DNA from: Octopus vulgaris
Taxonomy: Eukaryota
Length of the DNA stretch: 64,000 nucleotides
Assembly (NCBI GenBank): GCA_951406725.2
Contig: CATOCA020000003.1
Coordinates: forward strand, 629,710 to 693,709
Reading direction: 5' to 3'
Shown: piece by piece, positions 14,566 through 27,140 of the stretch
How positions within the stretch are numbered: the first letter of the stretch is position 1
How the letters are laid out: every line of letters starts with the position of its first letter
Notes under the pieces: model-generated
The model's input: only the letters and a program-made list of their open reading frames with translations
What the model was told of the DNA's origin: nothing
Database searches by the model: none
Position numbers and translations under genes: made by a program

Positions 14566-17500
14566 TATCTCGCCCTATGCCCCTCAGCTGAGGGTACCTG
14601 ATGGACAGAAAGACCATTTTAAGACAACCTCTTGCTGACTACCTCGTCAACGAATGACAGAGACCTTCTCTTTTTGACTGGTGATTTCAATGGACATGTT
14701 GGACAACATGTCAGGGGCTTCCATGGCATACATGGAGGCTACAGTTTTGGTTCTGGCAATGAGGAGGGAACCAGGCTGCTGGAGTTCTGCGATACAAATG
14801 ATCTTATGGTTTGCGATACTAACTTCAGGAAACCTGCCAGTCACCTAGTCAGCTACTGATCTGGCAGACAAACTTGTCAGATTGACTACATCCTCATGAG
14901 GAAAAGGGAAGGAGGGTTACTTATAAATGCCAAAACCTTCCCAGGCAAAGAATGTACCACACAACATAGACTAGTACTTAGCGACTTCAGGATCAGGGCT
15001 AAATGGATGCCCAGAAGATGACCAGCATGGATGAGAAGGGTCTGGAGGCTTAAAGATCCTACAAATAGACAGAGATTTAGAGACGGATTACTCGAAGCTT
15101 TTGACGAAATAGAGGGGGATATAGCATCATGTGACATGGAAGACAACTGGAGGCTTCTGCGGGACAACCTGCTGAGGGCCACTGACCAGATCTGTGGATA
15201 GTGCAAAGTCCCCTCTTGACCCAAGGTAAGGTGGTGGTGGAACAATGTTGTTCACAGGGCCATTAGGGAAAAGACACAGGCTTTGAAGGACTGGAAGAAC
15301 GGTGGTAGCAGGGAATCGTATCAACTGCCGCAAGGGAAGCTAGGAGACAGGTTTATTTAGCCAGGGGGGAAGCAGATGAGAAAAAATTTGCCAATGTTCC
15401 ATGCCATAAAGACTAAAGACTTGAAGACAATGTGTGAGAGAGAATCATAATGTCATAGGAGAGAAATGTGTTCGTGTGGATGATGGTTCAGTTGCATTAA
15501 ACAAGGTTGCAAAGAGAGAGGTATGGAGACGCCACTATGAAAGGTTGAAGAATAAAGAGAATGAATGGGAGAAAGAGAGCCTGCTGAATGCCAACTCAAT
15601 ACAGGGACCAGCTATCCAAATTGACAGTGCCTTGGCAAAGCAATTAAGGGTATGAAGACAGGGAAAGCCCCCGGCCCATCAGGAATCACCGCAGAGATGC
15701 TCAAAATATCTGGCAGTGTCGGCTATAACCTAGTCACCCATATAGTCAACCAGGTTATGCATGAAGGAGTCATACCCAATGACTGGTGTAGCTGCACCAT
15801 AGTCTACTGCTACAAAAGTAAAGGTGACATGCTAGATACAAATAATTACAGAGGTATCAAGCTGTTGAATCAGGTAATGAAAGTCATGGAGAGGGTTGTA
15901 CTCCAACAAATTAGGGAGAGGGTCAGTCTAGACGAGATGCATTTGGGTTTGTGTCAGGGAAAAGCACCACTGATGCTATATTTCTGGTAAGACAACTGCA
16001 GGAGAAATACCGAGCCAAAGATAAACCTCTGTATCAGGCTTTCGTTGACATGGAGAAAGCCTTTGACAGGCTCCCCCAATCCCTTATTTGGTGGTGAATG
16101 AGGAAACTAGGGATAGAAGAATGGTTAGTGAGAGCTGTGCAAGCCATGTACAGGGATGCTGTCAGTAAGTTAAGGGTTGGCAATGAGTACAGTGAAGAAT
16201 TCCAGGTAGACATAGGGGTCCACCAAGGTTCAGTCCTCAGCCCCCTCCTATTTATCATAGTCCACGAGGCAGTAACAGAGGAATTCAAGACAGGATGCCC
16301 CTGGGAGCTCCTCTATGCTGATGACCTTGCTCTAATTGCTGAGTCCCTATCAGAACTAGAGGAGAAGTTTCAGGTGTGGAAGCAAAGATTAGAATTGAAG
16401 GGCCGTAGCTAAAATCAAAGTCTTAATAAGTAGGAAGGCAGACAAATCGCAAATCCCTTCAGGTAGATGGCCCTGCTCAATCTGTAGAAAAGGTGTAGGC
16501 AGAAACTTTATAAGATGTACCCAGTGTAAGCTATGGACACATAAGAGGTGCAGCAATATCAAAGGAAGGCTAACTGGAAAGATAGTTTTTGTATGTGGCA
16601 GATGCTCAGGAGCAATAAAGACTAGAAATGTGCAGAGAACAATTTCCGCCACATTCCAGGGAGAAAAACTAGAAGTAGTTGACAGGTTACCTAGATGACC
16701 AAAACAGTAGTGGGGGTGGATGCTCTGAAAGTGTAGCCGCTAGAATAAGAGTAACCTGGGCAAAGTTCAGAGAGCTCCTACCTCTGCTAGTGACAAAGGA
16801 GCTCTCGCTCAGGGTAAAAGATAGACTGTATGATGCATGTGTACGAACAGCCATGCTACACGGCAGTGAAACATGGGCTGAGACTGCTGAGGACATGCAT
16901 AAACTTGCAAGGAATGAAGGCAGTATGCTCTGCGGGATGTGTAATACACGACAGAGTGTAAGTGCCTTGAGAGAAAAGTTGGACTTAAGAAGCATCATAT
17001 GTGGTGTGCAAGAGAGACATCTGCGCTGGTATGGACATGTGGTGTGTATGGATGAGGACAGCTGTGTGAAAAATATCACACCCTAGCAGTTGAGGCAATC
17101 TTTGGAAGAGGTAGAACCAGGAAGACCTGGGATAAGATGGTGAAGCATGATCTTCGAACACTGGGCCTCAATGAGGCAATGACTAGTGACTGAGACCTTT
17201 GGATAATATGCTGTGCATGAGATGGCCCAGCAAGCCAAGTGAGACCATAACCTGTGGCCTATGCCAGTGGTGTAACCAGCCTACTTATGCATTGCTTGCA
17301 AAAAACCTGTTGAGGCAAGTGAAATCACAATTAAAATCGCTGATGTGGCCGATAACAGTACTGCCTAATTGGCACCCATGCCAGTAGAATGTTAAAAGCA
17401 CTATCCAAGCATGATGTTGCCAAGGCCACTGACTGGCTCCTGTGCCGGTGGCACATAAAAAGCACCATTCGAGCATGATCGCTACCAGTGTCGCCTTACT

Positions 17501-17869
17501 AGCACTTGTGCCAGTGGCATGTGAAAAACAACATTCGAGCAAGGTCGTTGCCAGTGCCGCTGGACTGGTCCCTGTGCAGGTGGCACATATAAAACACAAT
17601 TTGAGCGTGGCCATCGCCAGTACCACCTGACTCGCCCTCGTGCCAGTGGCACATAAAATCACCCACTACACTCTCAGAGTTTTGGCATTAGGAAGGGCAT
17701 CCAGCTGTAGAAACTCTGCCAGATCACATTGGAGCCTGGTGCAGCCATCTGGCTCGCCAGTCCTCAGTCAAACTGTCCAACCCATGCCAGCATGGAAAGC
17801 GGATGGTAGACGATGATAAATATATGTGTGTATCTATGTATGTATATATGTATACATGTGTGTGTGTAT

Positions 17870-18131
17870 AAAATAAATAAATGCACCCTTTTAAAGCCTA
17901 GCCAGGCTCATGGGCCCGGTTTCCTGGTTTCAATGGTGTATGTGTTCCCTAACTGGACGGGATGCCAGTCCATCGTAGCGTTACTCATTTTTGCCAGCTG
18001 AGTGGAACTAGAACAACGTGAAATGAAGTGTTTTGCTCAAGAACACAACGCGTCACCCAGTCCAGATATCGAAACCCCAATCTTATGATCATGATGCTGA
18101 CACCCTAACCACTAAGCCACACGCCTCCACA
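17870..18131 (-). mobile_element. tRNA-derived SINE
   Basis: Minus strand starts GGAGGCGTG-TGGCTTAGTGG (A box)...GGTTTCGATATC (B-box-like), then the CORE-like ttgtgttcttgagcaaaacactt; (TTTA)n tail. Confidence 0.8.
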
Positions 18132-18345
18132 TGTGTATATATACAAATATAAAAGGAGCGAAAATACTGGGGAATCAGTATACACCATGTGGCAAAATTA
18201 TGAAGTGAAAATATGTGGAATACATATATAAAAAGTGGAAGAGAAATGACTTTGTTTCACATAATTTAATATCTTTTAATTAAAAAAAAAAATTTCATAT
18301 ATATATATGCATATTTTATGCATGGTAAGAGTCTCATAAAATGTG

Positions 18346-18390
18346 ATATCTAACTAGTTTTCGCTATTTAAATTAGCTTTTCAAGGGACA
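18346..18390 (-). ncRNA. Minimal hammerhead-like motif (variant core) upstream of and antisense to a Penelope-like RT
   Basis: TGTC-CCTTGAAAA-GCTA-loop-TAGC-GAAA-ACTAGTT-A-GATA; palindromic stem III. Confidence 0.45.
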
Positions 18391-18399
18391 TTGTGAAGT

Positions 18400-19782
18400 A
18401 ATCATTTCTTGTGACAAAGGAGTCTTGCCAATGAAATTAAAGATAATATTGCAGAATTCTGTAGAAAACTTCGATTGATAGAAGCACTAACCAACTACAA
18501 CAACGATGACAAATCACTAGTGAAAAACACAAGTAATTATCTACCACCGAAAGGAAGGAATAAAACACTAGACAACTTCTGCAACTGTATCCAGAATTTT
18601 CCTCACAGTCTCTATAAACCAAACTTCAACAACCTACAATGGAAGCACCTACTACAACTAAAAAAGGACAAAGACCTGACAATCAAAGATGCAGACAAAG
18701 GTAGTACTGTCGTACTAATGGACACAAAATATTATAAAAATCTAACATTGTCCATATAAGAAAATGACTCCTTTTATGAAAAAGTTGCAAATTATAGGCA
18801 GCAAAAAATATTAAAAGATCTTGTATCTTTAATACTCAAACATGGAAAAGGCTTCACAGAAAAAGAAAAAGACTTTATCACAAACTTTAAACGCAAACCA
18901 AGCCTTTTCTATGGCCTCTCTCAAATCCACAAGAGTCAAATAATTACTAATGCCTGCAAATCAAATCCAGATCTATACATCATCATCATCATTTAACGTC
19001 CGCTTTCCATGCTAGCATGGGTTGGACGGTTCAACTGGGGTCTGGGGAGCCCGAAAGCTGCACCAGTCCAGTCAGATCTGGCAGTGTTTCTACAGCTGGA
19101 TGCCCTTCCTAACGCCAACCACTCCGAGAGTGTAGTGGGTGATTTTATGTGCCACCGACACAGGTGCCAGACGAGGCTGGCAAACGGCCACGCTCGGATG
19201 GTGTTTTTTATGTGCCAGACGAGGCTGGCAGATGGCCACGCTCGGATGGTGTTTTTATGTGCCACCGACACAGGTGCCAGATGAGGCTGGCAAAACGGCC
19301 ACGGTCGGATGGTGCTTGTTACGTGCCCACAGCACGGAGGCCAGTCGATGCGGTACTGGCTACGGCCACGTTCGGATGGTTTTCTTGTGTGCCACGTGCC
19401 ACCGGCACTGGTACCACAAGGATACAAATTCCATTGATGTTCATAAACACCAGAAGACTTAAAATTAAGGCTGATTATAGTGAGCCCAGCCTGTGAAACA
19501 CACCGCCTAAGCAACTTTCTAGATATATTAAAAGTTTTATTACAGACGATCTGGATATGTTAGAGCAACTACCAAAAGCCACCAACGAAGCACTATTAAT
19601 CTCCTTCGATGTCATCAACCTCTGCACCAACATTCCACATGACTACGGAATAGAGGCAATAAAATTCTGGTTAGAAAAATACACCGAAGTTCTCCCAGAC
19701 CTCATAAACCAGATTTTTGTCATTGAATCTCTGAAGTTCATCCTACAAAACAATTACTTCCTATTTGATGAACAATGCTACT
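18400..19782 (+). mobile_element. Penelope-like RT fragment, interrupted by an RTE 3' fragment
   Basis: IKDADKGSTVVLMD, FYGLSQIHKS, SFDVINLCTNIPH, FILQNNYFLFD. Confidence 0.85.
18978..19445 (-). mobile_element. RTE 3' UTR fragment
   Basis: (CAT)n on the plus strand followed by the reverse-complemented RTE 3' UTR with tandem units. Confidence 0.9.
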
Positions 19783-20312
19783 GCTCCATTTAGCAGGCAC
19801 AAATTTTTATCATTGCATGAACAGCTGGTTTCATTTTGTTGTTTTTGTGTGTTGTGTGCAATTATATTTTTAAAATTAGTTTTAGCTCAACTACTAATTT
19901 TAAAAATATAATTGCACACAACATGCAAAAACGACAAAATGAAACCAGCTGTTCATGCAGGGATAAAAATTTCTGCCCACTAAATGGAGCTTGCATGTCC
20001 AAGACCATCATTTATGAAGCCACCGTAGATTCTACAACAACTAAGGACATAGTTTCATCAAAGAGATATGTGGGTCTCACAGAGGGGAATTTCAAAGTCA
20101 GGTTCAGCAATCGCACCTTGAGCTTCAGACACTGTCGACTATAATATCCATTGGAAGATCTTAGCCAAGTGTAAGCCTTACACCAACGGCAGTGGAGAGT
20201 ACGGTCTTTGTGATATGGAAAGATGGCTCATCTGGAAAAGCAGCTTAGACCCTGCTACATGTATAAATTCAAGAACTGAACTTTTTGGATCATGTCCACA
20301 CATTGCTAAATT
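19783..20312 (+). mobile_element. Penelope-like GIY-YIG endonuclease fragment with 5' foldback
   Basis: CSCRDKNFCPLNGAC..IIYEATV..YVGLTEGNFKVRF..NSRTELFGSCPH; about 100-bp inverted arms at 19783-19880 and 19892-19990. Confidence 0.85.
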
Positions 20313-20339
20313 TTTTTTTTCCTTCTTTTTTTTTCCGGC

Positions 20340-23300
20340 TTACCTCGCATTCATGAGGGTCCTTTTACTCACAACATTCTTCCATCTTTCATCGAATACT
20401 TTCTTACTCAGGCCCCTCCTCTCTAGTTCTATTTGTCTTTTTAGGTGGAATTTTAAATATTCCACCAGACTAGAACCAAAGATGAAGTTGCCTGCTATCA
20501 CCCCTTTCATCCTCGTCTTCCATACTGCCGGTTCCGCAATTGAAACCGCAGAGAGAAAACAATTCTTAACTTCTTTCGTTAAGAAATCCGGTGGGTCAAT
20601 TTTTACAATGGATTTAGTCGATAGCTGTACTCTTCCTCCACTTGACAACAGTTGTTCGGCAAAAACCCACATGTCTGCCACCTCCGAGCACTGCACGACC
20701 GCGTGCGAGACGGTTTCCCTGTCTCGCCCACACCTCGGACAGGTCGGGCTGACTTGGCCACCGTGCCTTGTGAGTTTATCCCGAACAGGTAAGGCTCCTC
20801 GGTAACACTGCCAAGCTAAGGACTTCTGAAAATTATCCAGGGTCCTCGGCCCAAATGTACGTTGGAACAGACTGGCCAGCTGATTATCGTTGAAACCTAG
20901 GGTTTCCCCTAACGTATCATCGCAACCGGCCTCTACAAACCCTCTATAGAAAACAGCGGTAGAACCACTGCCGCAGGCATTGCCCGAGCGACGGAATAGT
21001 CGGAGTGCCTTGCGACACTCCGTATACCATGTATCCAACTTCGATCTGCGTTATACCAGGCTTCCCATCCACCAAAACTGGTGAACTTGAGAAACATCTG
21101 TTTCGCCAACGGAGACCACACCCGTTCACCATCCAGATGGAGCCACAGATGCCTTAACCTCAGCGCATTTCTGCGCATCATTAGCCACGGCATCCCTAGT
21201 CCACCCTTTAATGGTTTTTGACAACAAACAGAGCATCTCACAAGTGGTTTCAAGCTCTTCCACAAAAAGTGAAAGAGCTGTCTTTCCAACTTGGTCAACC
21301 ACGAATCCGGGCAAGGCACGACGGTAAGGCGATCACCAATGCGATAAACACATTGGCTACCTCTGCCCTACCTTTCAGGGATAACCACCGCCAAGACCAG
21401 GTCTTGGCTACTGCAGCCACCCTGCTCGATACCTCGCTCCAGTTCTTCTCTATTTGGAGGTCTGGTCCGAACCAAACCCGAGCAACTTAATCGGACCCTC
21501 CGTCCAACGTCCCACGACGCTGTCAGGAGGCATCGACTTGCCTCTCCAGGTGCCGAGCTGCAAGCCGACTGACTTTTCGCGATTAACTTTTGCTCCTGTC
21601 ACCGTCTCGTAAACCTCTATGGCCTTGCCTACTTTACGTAGGAGGTCCACTTCAGTCACAATGATAGTGATGTCATCCGCGTACGCCGAAACCGACATTC
21701 CACGACCTGGCTGCCCCAAGATGCCACTCAGTTTTCGCAGCAGTGGCTCAAGAGCCACTACATACAAAAGCGGGGAGAGTGGGCATCCTTGACGAACTGA
21801 GCATTTGACTATGAACGGCTTAGAAATAAAGCCGTTCACCCGAACTACCAAGTCAACGTTATCGTACATTTCGATGATCCACCTGAGGAAGCCAAGACCC
21901 AGGCTGAACTGAGCCAGAACAGACACCAGGTAATGATGATCGACACTATCAAAAGCTTTTGATTGGTCTAAATGGACCACTGCCCCTCCCTTGCCGGGAT
22001 CGCTATTAATTCCCTCTATAGTGTATCTAATTAAATGGAGATTATCCTGAATGGACCTGCCAGGTACGGCACACGTTTGTGCCTTCCCTATTAGTCCATC
22101 CTCCTATCCGGTCCGCCGCTCCCCCCAAAGAGCTGGGCGAAGTGGTCCTGAAAAGCTTCACACATCTCCTCGGGTCCGTCTATCAACTTACCTTGTTGGT
22201 TCGTCAAAGACACGCGCCAATCTGTTTGATAACACTTTGGCCAAAATCTTCAGCTCTGCGTTAAGCAGAGTGATGGGCCTAAAATTATCAATGACATCCC
22301 CCTTGTCCAGGTCCTTCCTGATTAGTGTCACCACTCTCCGGCGCACAGTGGTCCAGTTCACGTAGACGTTCGCCAGTAAGTCCCCGAACAAGTCCGGCAT
22401 ACTTTTATAAAGCTCGTAGGGTAGACCATCCAGTCCTGGCGCCTTACCCGCGCCGCAGTCAGCCATGGCCTCTATTACTTCCCCAGGCGTGATCGGTTCC
22501 TCACTACACTTCACGTCCTGCTCCGAGAGGCGTGGCAGCCCGTCGAGGAGGTCCTTTAGGCCCCTCCTCCTATCCGGTCCGCCGCTCCCCCCAAAGAGCT
22601 GCGCGAAGTGGTCCTGAAAAGCTTCACACATCTCCTCGGGTCCGTCTATCAACTTACCTTTTTGGTTCGTCAAAGATCGAATTGTGGCATCGTTGCCACG
22701 TAGGGCTTCCACCACTCGGGCCCATCTCGCGACATTAATTCCTTCGCTCCCCATTGCACGTTGTCTAGCCCTGACAATGCAACCTATGTGTTTGGCTTCG
22801 AGGTGCTGGTTTAAAACCAGTCTCTTGACCTTCACCTGGGCTGCCGTGCCAGTTCGCATTGCTTCCTCTAAGTCCTTAACTATTGCTGATTCCCTTCTAG
22901 CCTCTCTAGCTACTAGATCTATACTATATCTAATGGACTCATATCTGATGGCTCGCTTGAGGGCATACTACCATTTGTTGTTAATTATGGTTCCGGTCAA
23001 AGCCCTCTGAATCATTAACCTTATCCTGTCACTGTACTCCTTAATCGTCAAAAGGGACGTATTAAGTTTCCAGTAACCAGGACCTCTATTCGTCTTATCT
23101 ATGTCTAACCTACAGGTGACCATCTTGTGGTCACTGTAGCTGACCATGTGGAGCTGTGGACTCCTAGCTAGTTTCTTATCTACTTTTCTAATTAATATCC
23201 TGTCTATGTATGACTTGATAGATCCATCGATGTTTGACCATGTCCACAATGGAGCGTTCGGATGTTCCAGTCTATATGGATCTACCAGCTCGAAACGTCT

Positions 23301-23808
23301 TAGTAGATCCTGGAAGCAAGCATTTCCTTTCCTATCTGTTCGCGAGTCCTCACAGTCTACCCGCACATCGTAGACTGTGTTGAAGTCTCCTAAAACAACT
23401 AAAGGATGCGATGTACTCAGAAACTTTCCAAGGTTCCAAAAATAATCACTTTGTTCCCCTTGACTGTGGAGTGCGTAAACCGCAACCAGCCTGATTGTCT
23501 TACGACTAGAGAACGTCAAATCAACAACGACCAGTCTACCTTCTGGATCTGAAAAAAATCAACTTTTTCTCAGAAACCCGGTCCTTTTTACACAGGACCA
23601 ACACCCCGCTTCCGCCGGACAGACGGCTCAGAGAGATAATTCTCTCGTAACCGCTGAACAGCAGGAGCAGATCTCTTGGCCCCTTTAACCAGGTTTCTGT
23701 GGCAACAACATCTAAATCCCGTGACCTGATGTCATTTAGGAGGCACCCTTGCTTCTAGTTCGTCACCAGGCCACGCACATTTATGCACCCTACATGAATA
23801 TGAGCCAT
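20340..23808 (-). pseudogene. Tx1 ORF2 (APE endonuclease, RT, CCHC), disrupted
   Basis: MAHIHVGCINVRGL start, LGDFN, SDHK, FRPITLLN, DQSKAFD, RQGCPLSP, YADD, GGLG, CPRC...H...C. Confidence 0.9.
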
Positions 23809-23818
23809 CACCTACCTT

Positions 23819-25209
23819 TTAGTAGGTTTTCCTTTTTTCCGTTTGTCGTGGGGGGAAGTCCGCATTATACAACGACTCGTGCAAGTCGAGATGCGTACCT
23901 CTGATGTCTTTTGGGTATTCATCATGTATAATGTTGTAATTTAACCTGTCGATCTTACACACTTCTACATTTTTGGGCAATACCCTGTAAGTTTGAATTT
24001 TTTCTGCTGTTGGGGCTTCATTAATAAGTTTCACCAACCTATCATTATCTTTGTTTATTGAGATGTACACCATCTCTAAACTTTCCATTTTTTTCTTTGG
24101 GCTTTGTGGGGGTGATGGGGGGGACGGCGGGGAGTAGTTTGGGAGGGGAGGTGGTTTGGGGGTGGGGGGTTGTTCGGGTTGGGGGGGGGGGTCTTCTCTT
24201 TTATTTTCTTTTGTGGGGAACCGTTTGTTTTCTCTTCCACCGTCTCTTTTTTCCTCTTCTCCTCTGCTTCCGTCCTTTTTCTCTCTTCTTCTTTCTTGCG
24301 GGTGGGGCAGTCTATACGGATGTGGCCTTTCTCACCACATCCGTAGCATCGAGGCTTTCGCCCCTCCACCACCACCCGCAAATTTATTTCATCGCTGAAA
24401 TTGATATTTTCTGCGACCTCCTCCAATGTCTCTGGGGCCGCCTGTACTGTCACTTGAAGAGTTTGACCTCTCCAGTTTTCCATCCTGATCTTTGTTATCT
24501 CTATAACACTTATTTTTTCTTCCAGCCCTATTAGTAAGGCTGGAAACAACCACTTTACCTCGATTTCTGGAGGTATGTCCTCGATTCTTATTTTGGCGGA
24601 CCTCCGCCCCAAATAGGAAGGCAAGAGAACAATATCACTCGCCTTAATTGGGGTTAGCGAGTGCTTTCTTGCCATTTGCTCGCTCTTAAAATATACCATT
24701 ATTGTGGCGTACTTTTTGCCCCATGTCACGAAATCTATGTCTTGCCATATTGGTTGCAGGCACTTCTCTGCCTGTTCTTTTGTTACTCTTTCGATTCTTT
24801 TCTCTTTTATTACAAATGATTTGTAAATCACTATCCTTCTTTGTGTTTCATTTTTAATTTCTTCTGGGAGGGTGGCTTTTATATTATTCCCCTCCCTTAC
24901 AAACATATTTTTGTATTTTTCGTATTCTATGTCCTCCATTTTAATCTCTTCCGTCTTCCGTCCAGCGGCAGCTGCAAAGTTGTACATTTTAGCTTGTTTT
25001 CCTTTCGAAGGTGAACCTTCAATAATTTTAGCTGCAGACACAGCTACACTTGAAGGCGAACCTTCAATAACTTTAGCTGCAGACACAGCTACACTTGAAG
25101 GCGAACCTTCGATGACTTTAACTGCAGGCAAACCTGCTTCACTTGAAGGCGAACCTTCGTCACTTGAAGCGGACAGTGTTTCCACTTCAAACATTTTTTT
25201 TGACTTCAT
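23819..25209 (-). CDS. Tx1 ORF1 (gag-like, zinc knuckle), probably frameshifted in a G-run near 24180
   Basis: CYGCGEKGHIRIDC; N-terminal EGSPSS repeats; ORF 23819-24088 is the likely C-terminus. Confidence 0.8.
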
Positions 25210-25759
25210 GTCTTATTTGATCATTTTTTTCAAATGTATTGTTCATTTTTTTTTTTTTTTCACAAATGTAATGTTATTTTTTTTTTTTTTTTTGGTATGT
25301 AATGTGTAGTACTTTTCCCCTCCTTACAGGGGAGAAAAACAGTATTTTTCGGTATCAAACCAGACGTTCAAAGTTCAAACAAAACAACAATTTAACCAAC
25401 GCTAAATAGTTACTTACAAATTACTCAAAGTAAATCCACGCTTCAAAGACGGGAAAAATTAGACATCAATGAAAAATGGATTTGTTAGCTCTTCTTATTT
25501 CTCTACATTGTATACTTTATAGACAATAGTCTTTTCTTTAATTTAATTTTTTATTATCCATCTGGACTATTCCATTTCTGCACGCTAATTATATTTTTAA
25601 TTTATTCCCATTCATGTGAAACCACTTATTCAAGTTCAAATCATTGATGCAATTTTATACCAATTGCTATTTTTACTTTTGTATGTTACGATTATATTAT
25701 ACTTTAGTTTGATTTTAATTATTACTTACTACATATAATTCAATTGTTATTATTATTTT

Positions 25760-26027
25760 TATTGTTAAAGTGAAAGCATCTGACATAAAATAGAGAAATA
25801 TTTTTGTTTCACTTTTAACACATAATACTGAAATAGTGGAGAAGATATGATATTGCTATGGGCTCGCTCTAGGCAAGAAGTTGAACTTTTTTTTTTGCCC
25901 ATGAAACTACATGGACCCTAAGTAAGGCATGTGTAAAATTTGACTGAAATTGGTTGTGTAGTTCTCAAGTTTTAGGGAAACACACAGACAGACAGACACA
26001 CATTCTCAGTTCTATATATATAAAGAT
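25760..26027 (-). mobile_element. Non-autonomous Helitron-like 5' terminal fragment
   Basis: aaatttgactgaaattggttg..acagacagacagac..tatatatataaagat resembles the Helitron terminus at 51740-51850. Confidence 0.5.
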
Positions 26028-26116
26028 GTATCTGTCATTCAAAATGTGACCGCGTGTGTACCATTGGCGATTTTTTTTCCTCCGTCTTCCCTTCTCTGGA
26101 TCTTTCCCTTTCCTAT

Positions 26117-26151
26117 GTTTCTGATGAAGAGCTCCACTCGAAACGTTTAAC
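26117..26151 (+). ncRNA. Minimal type I hammerhead ribozyme in a Penelope-type module (26030-26255)
   Basis: GTTT-CTGATGA-A-GAG-CTCCA-CTC-GAAA-CGTT-TAAC; paralog at 34500. Confidence 0.75.
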
Positions 26152-26327
26152 CCTCCTTCTTCCCTTCCTTCCTGAGCGTCCAATAATACTAAATTTGTTC
26201 CACGTCCTCGCTTTATTGTGTTTTCTCTTTGTGTTTTCATGTTTGGATTAACTTTATATATATATATATGTAACTATATATATTTGTTGTGCAAGATTTT
26301 TTATGTGAAATCGTGTGTTGAAACAGA

Positions 26328-27053
26328 TATTGTTGTATTTCAGAATGGTCCTTTTGCCAGTTTAGCCAATAAAAACACACGCACTATATATTTGGTGTTA
26401 CTTTGCTTCAGCGTTATTTATTTTTTACATTAATCTTATTTCGGCCAGAGTTCTTTCGTCACACTCCTGTGACCGCATTATAAACTGGTTACAATATAAA
26501 CAAAACTGAAAACATAATAAAATAAAATACACAGATAAATAAACAAATGGAAGTAAATAACTATATACAATTTTTTTTTCATTATTATTACTAGTATTGT
26601 TGTTATACATACATACATACCAGCATACGTAATAATAATGATGATGATGATGATAATAATAATAATAATAAGTGGGTGTAAACACATGAACAAAATAAGA
26701 ATAAACAAAAACAAATTACACGAACATATATAAACAGAAGATACAAATATTACAGGCATTTCCCCACACACAGACACTAATTAAACATAGACACATAGAG
26801 ATATACACATGCGCAAATGAAGACACATACAATACAAATACAGAATGGCTGACGGCTAGTAAGGAGAGACACACAAATAAGAAAGAAGAAAGCAAAGGAC
26901 CACTTATGCAGTCACAGGAGTGTGACAAAAGAACTCTGGCCAAAATAAGATTAAGATTAATGTAAAAAAGAAATAAAGCTGAAGCAAAGTAACACCAAAT
27001 ATATAGTGCGTGTGTTTTTATTGACTAAACTGGCAACATGACCATTCCGAAAT

Positions 27054-27062
<9 letters not shown>
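26328..27062. repeat. Inverted repeat with about 155-bp arms (26328-26480 and 26903-27062)
   Basis: ggccagagttctttcgtcacactcctgtgac versus gtcacaggagtgtgacaaaagaactctggcc. Confidence 0.85.
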
Positions 27063-27117
<55 letters not shown>

Positions 27118-27140
27118 GTATGTATATATATATATATATA

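Larger units (their letters stand above)
12300..17817 (+). mobile_element. RTE LINE, decayed, interrupted by a mariner
   Basis: TLNVGTLKGR endonuclease start, GDFNGHVG, LLYADDL, PHD finger, 3' UTR tandem units, short gat tail; 5' boundary approximate. Confidence 0.9.
20312..25450 (-). mobile_element. Tx1/L1-clade LINE, near full length
   Basis: ORF1 with CCHC knuckle, ORF2 with endonuclease, RT and C-terminal Zn finger, poly(A) tail at 20312-20335; 5' end approximate. Confidence 0.9.

Noticed and set aside
18060-18131. tRNA gene
   Set aside because: A and B boxes run into a SINE body and tail, and no complete cloverleaf is evident.
20215-20805. Plus-strand 196-aa ORF and similar antisense ORFs over LINEs
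   Set aside because: Mostly shadow frames of TE coding sequence; only the first 35 or so residues belong to the Penelope GIY-YIG end.
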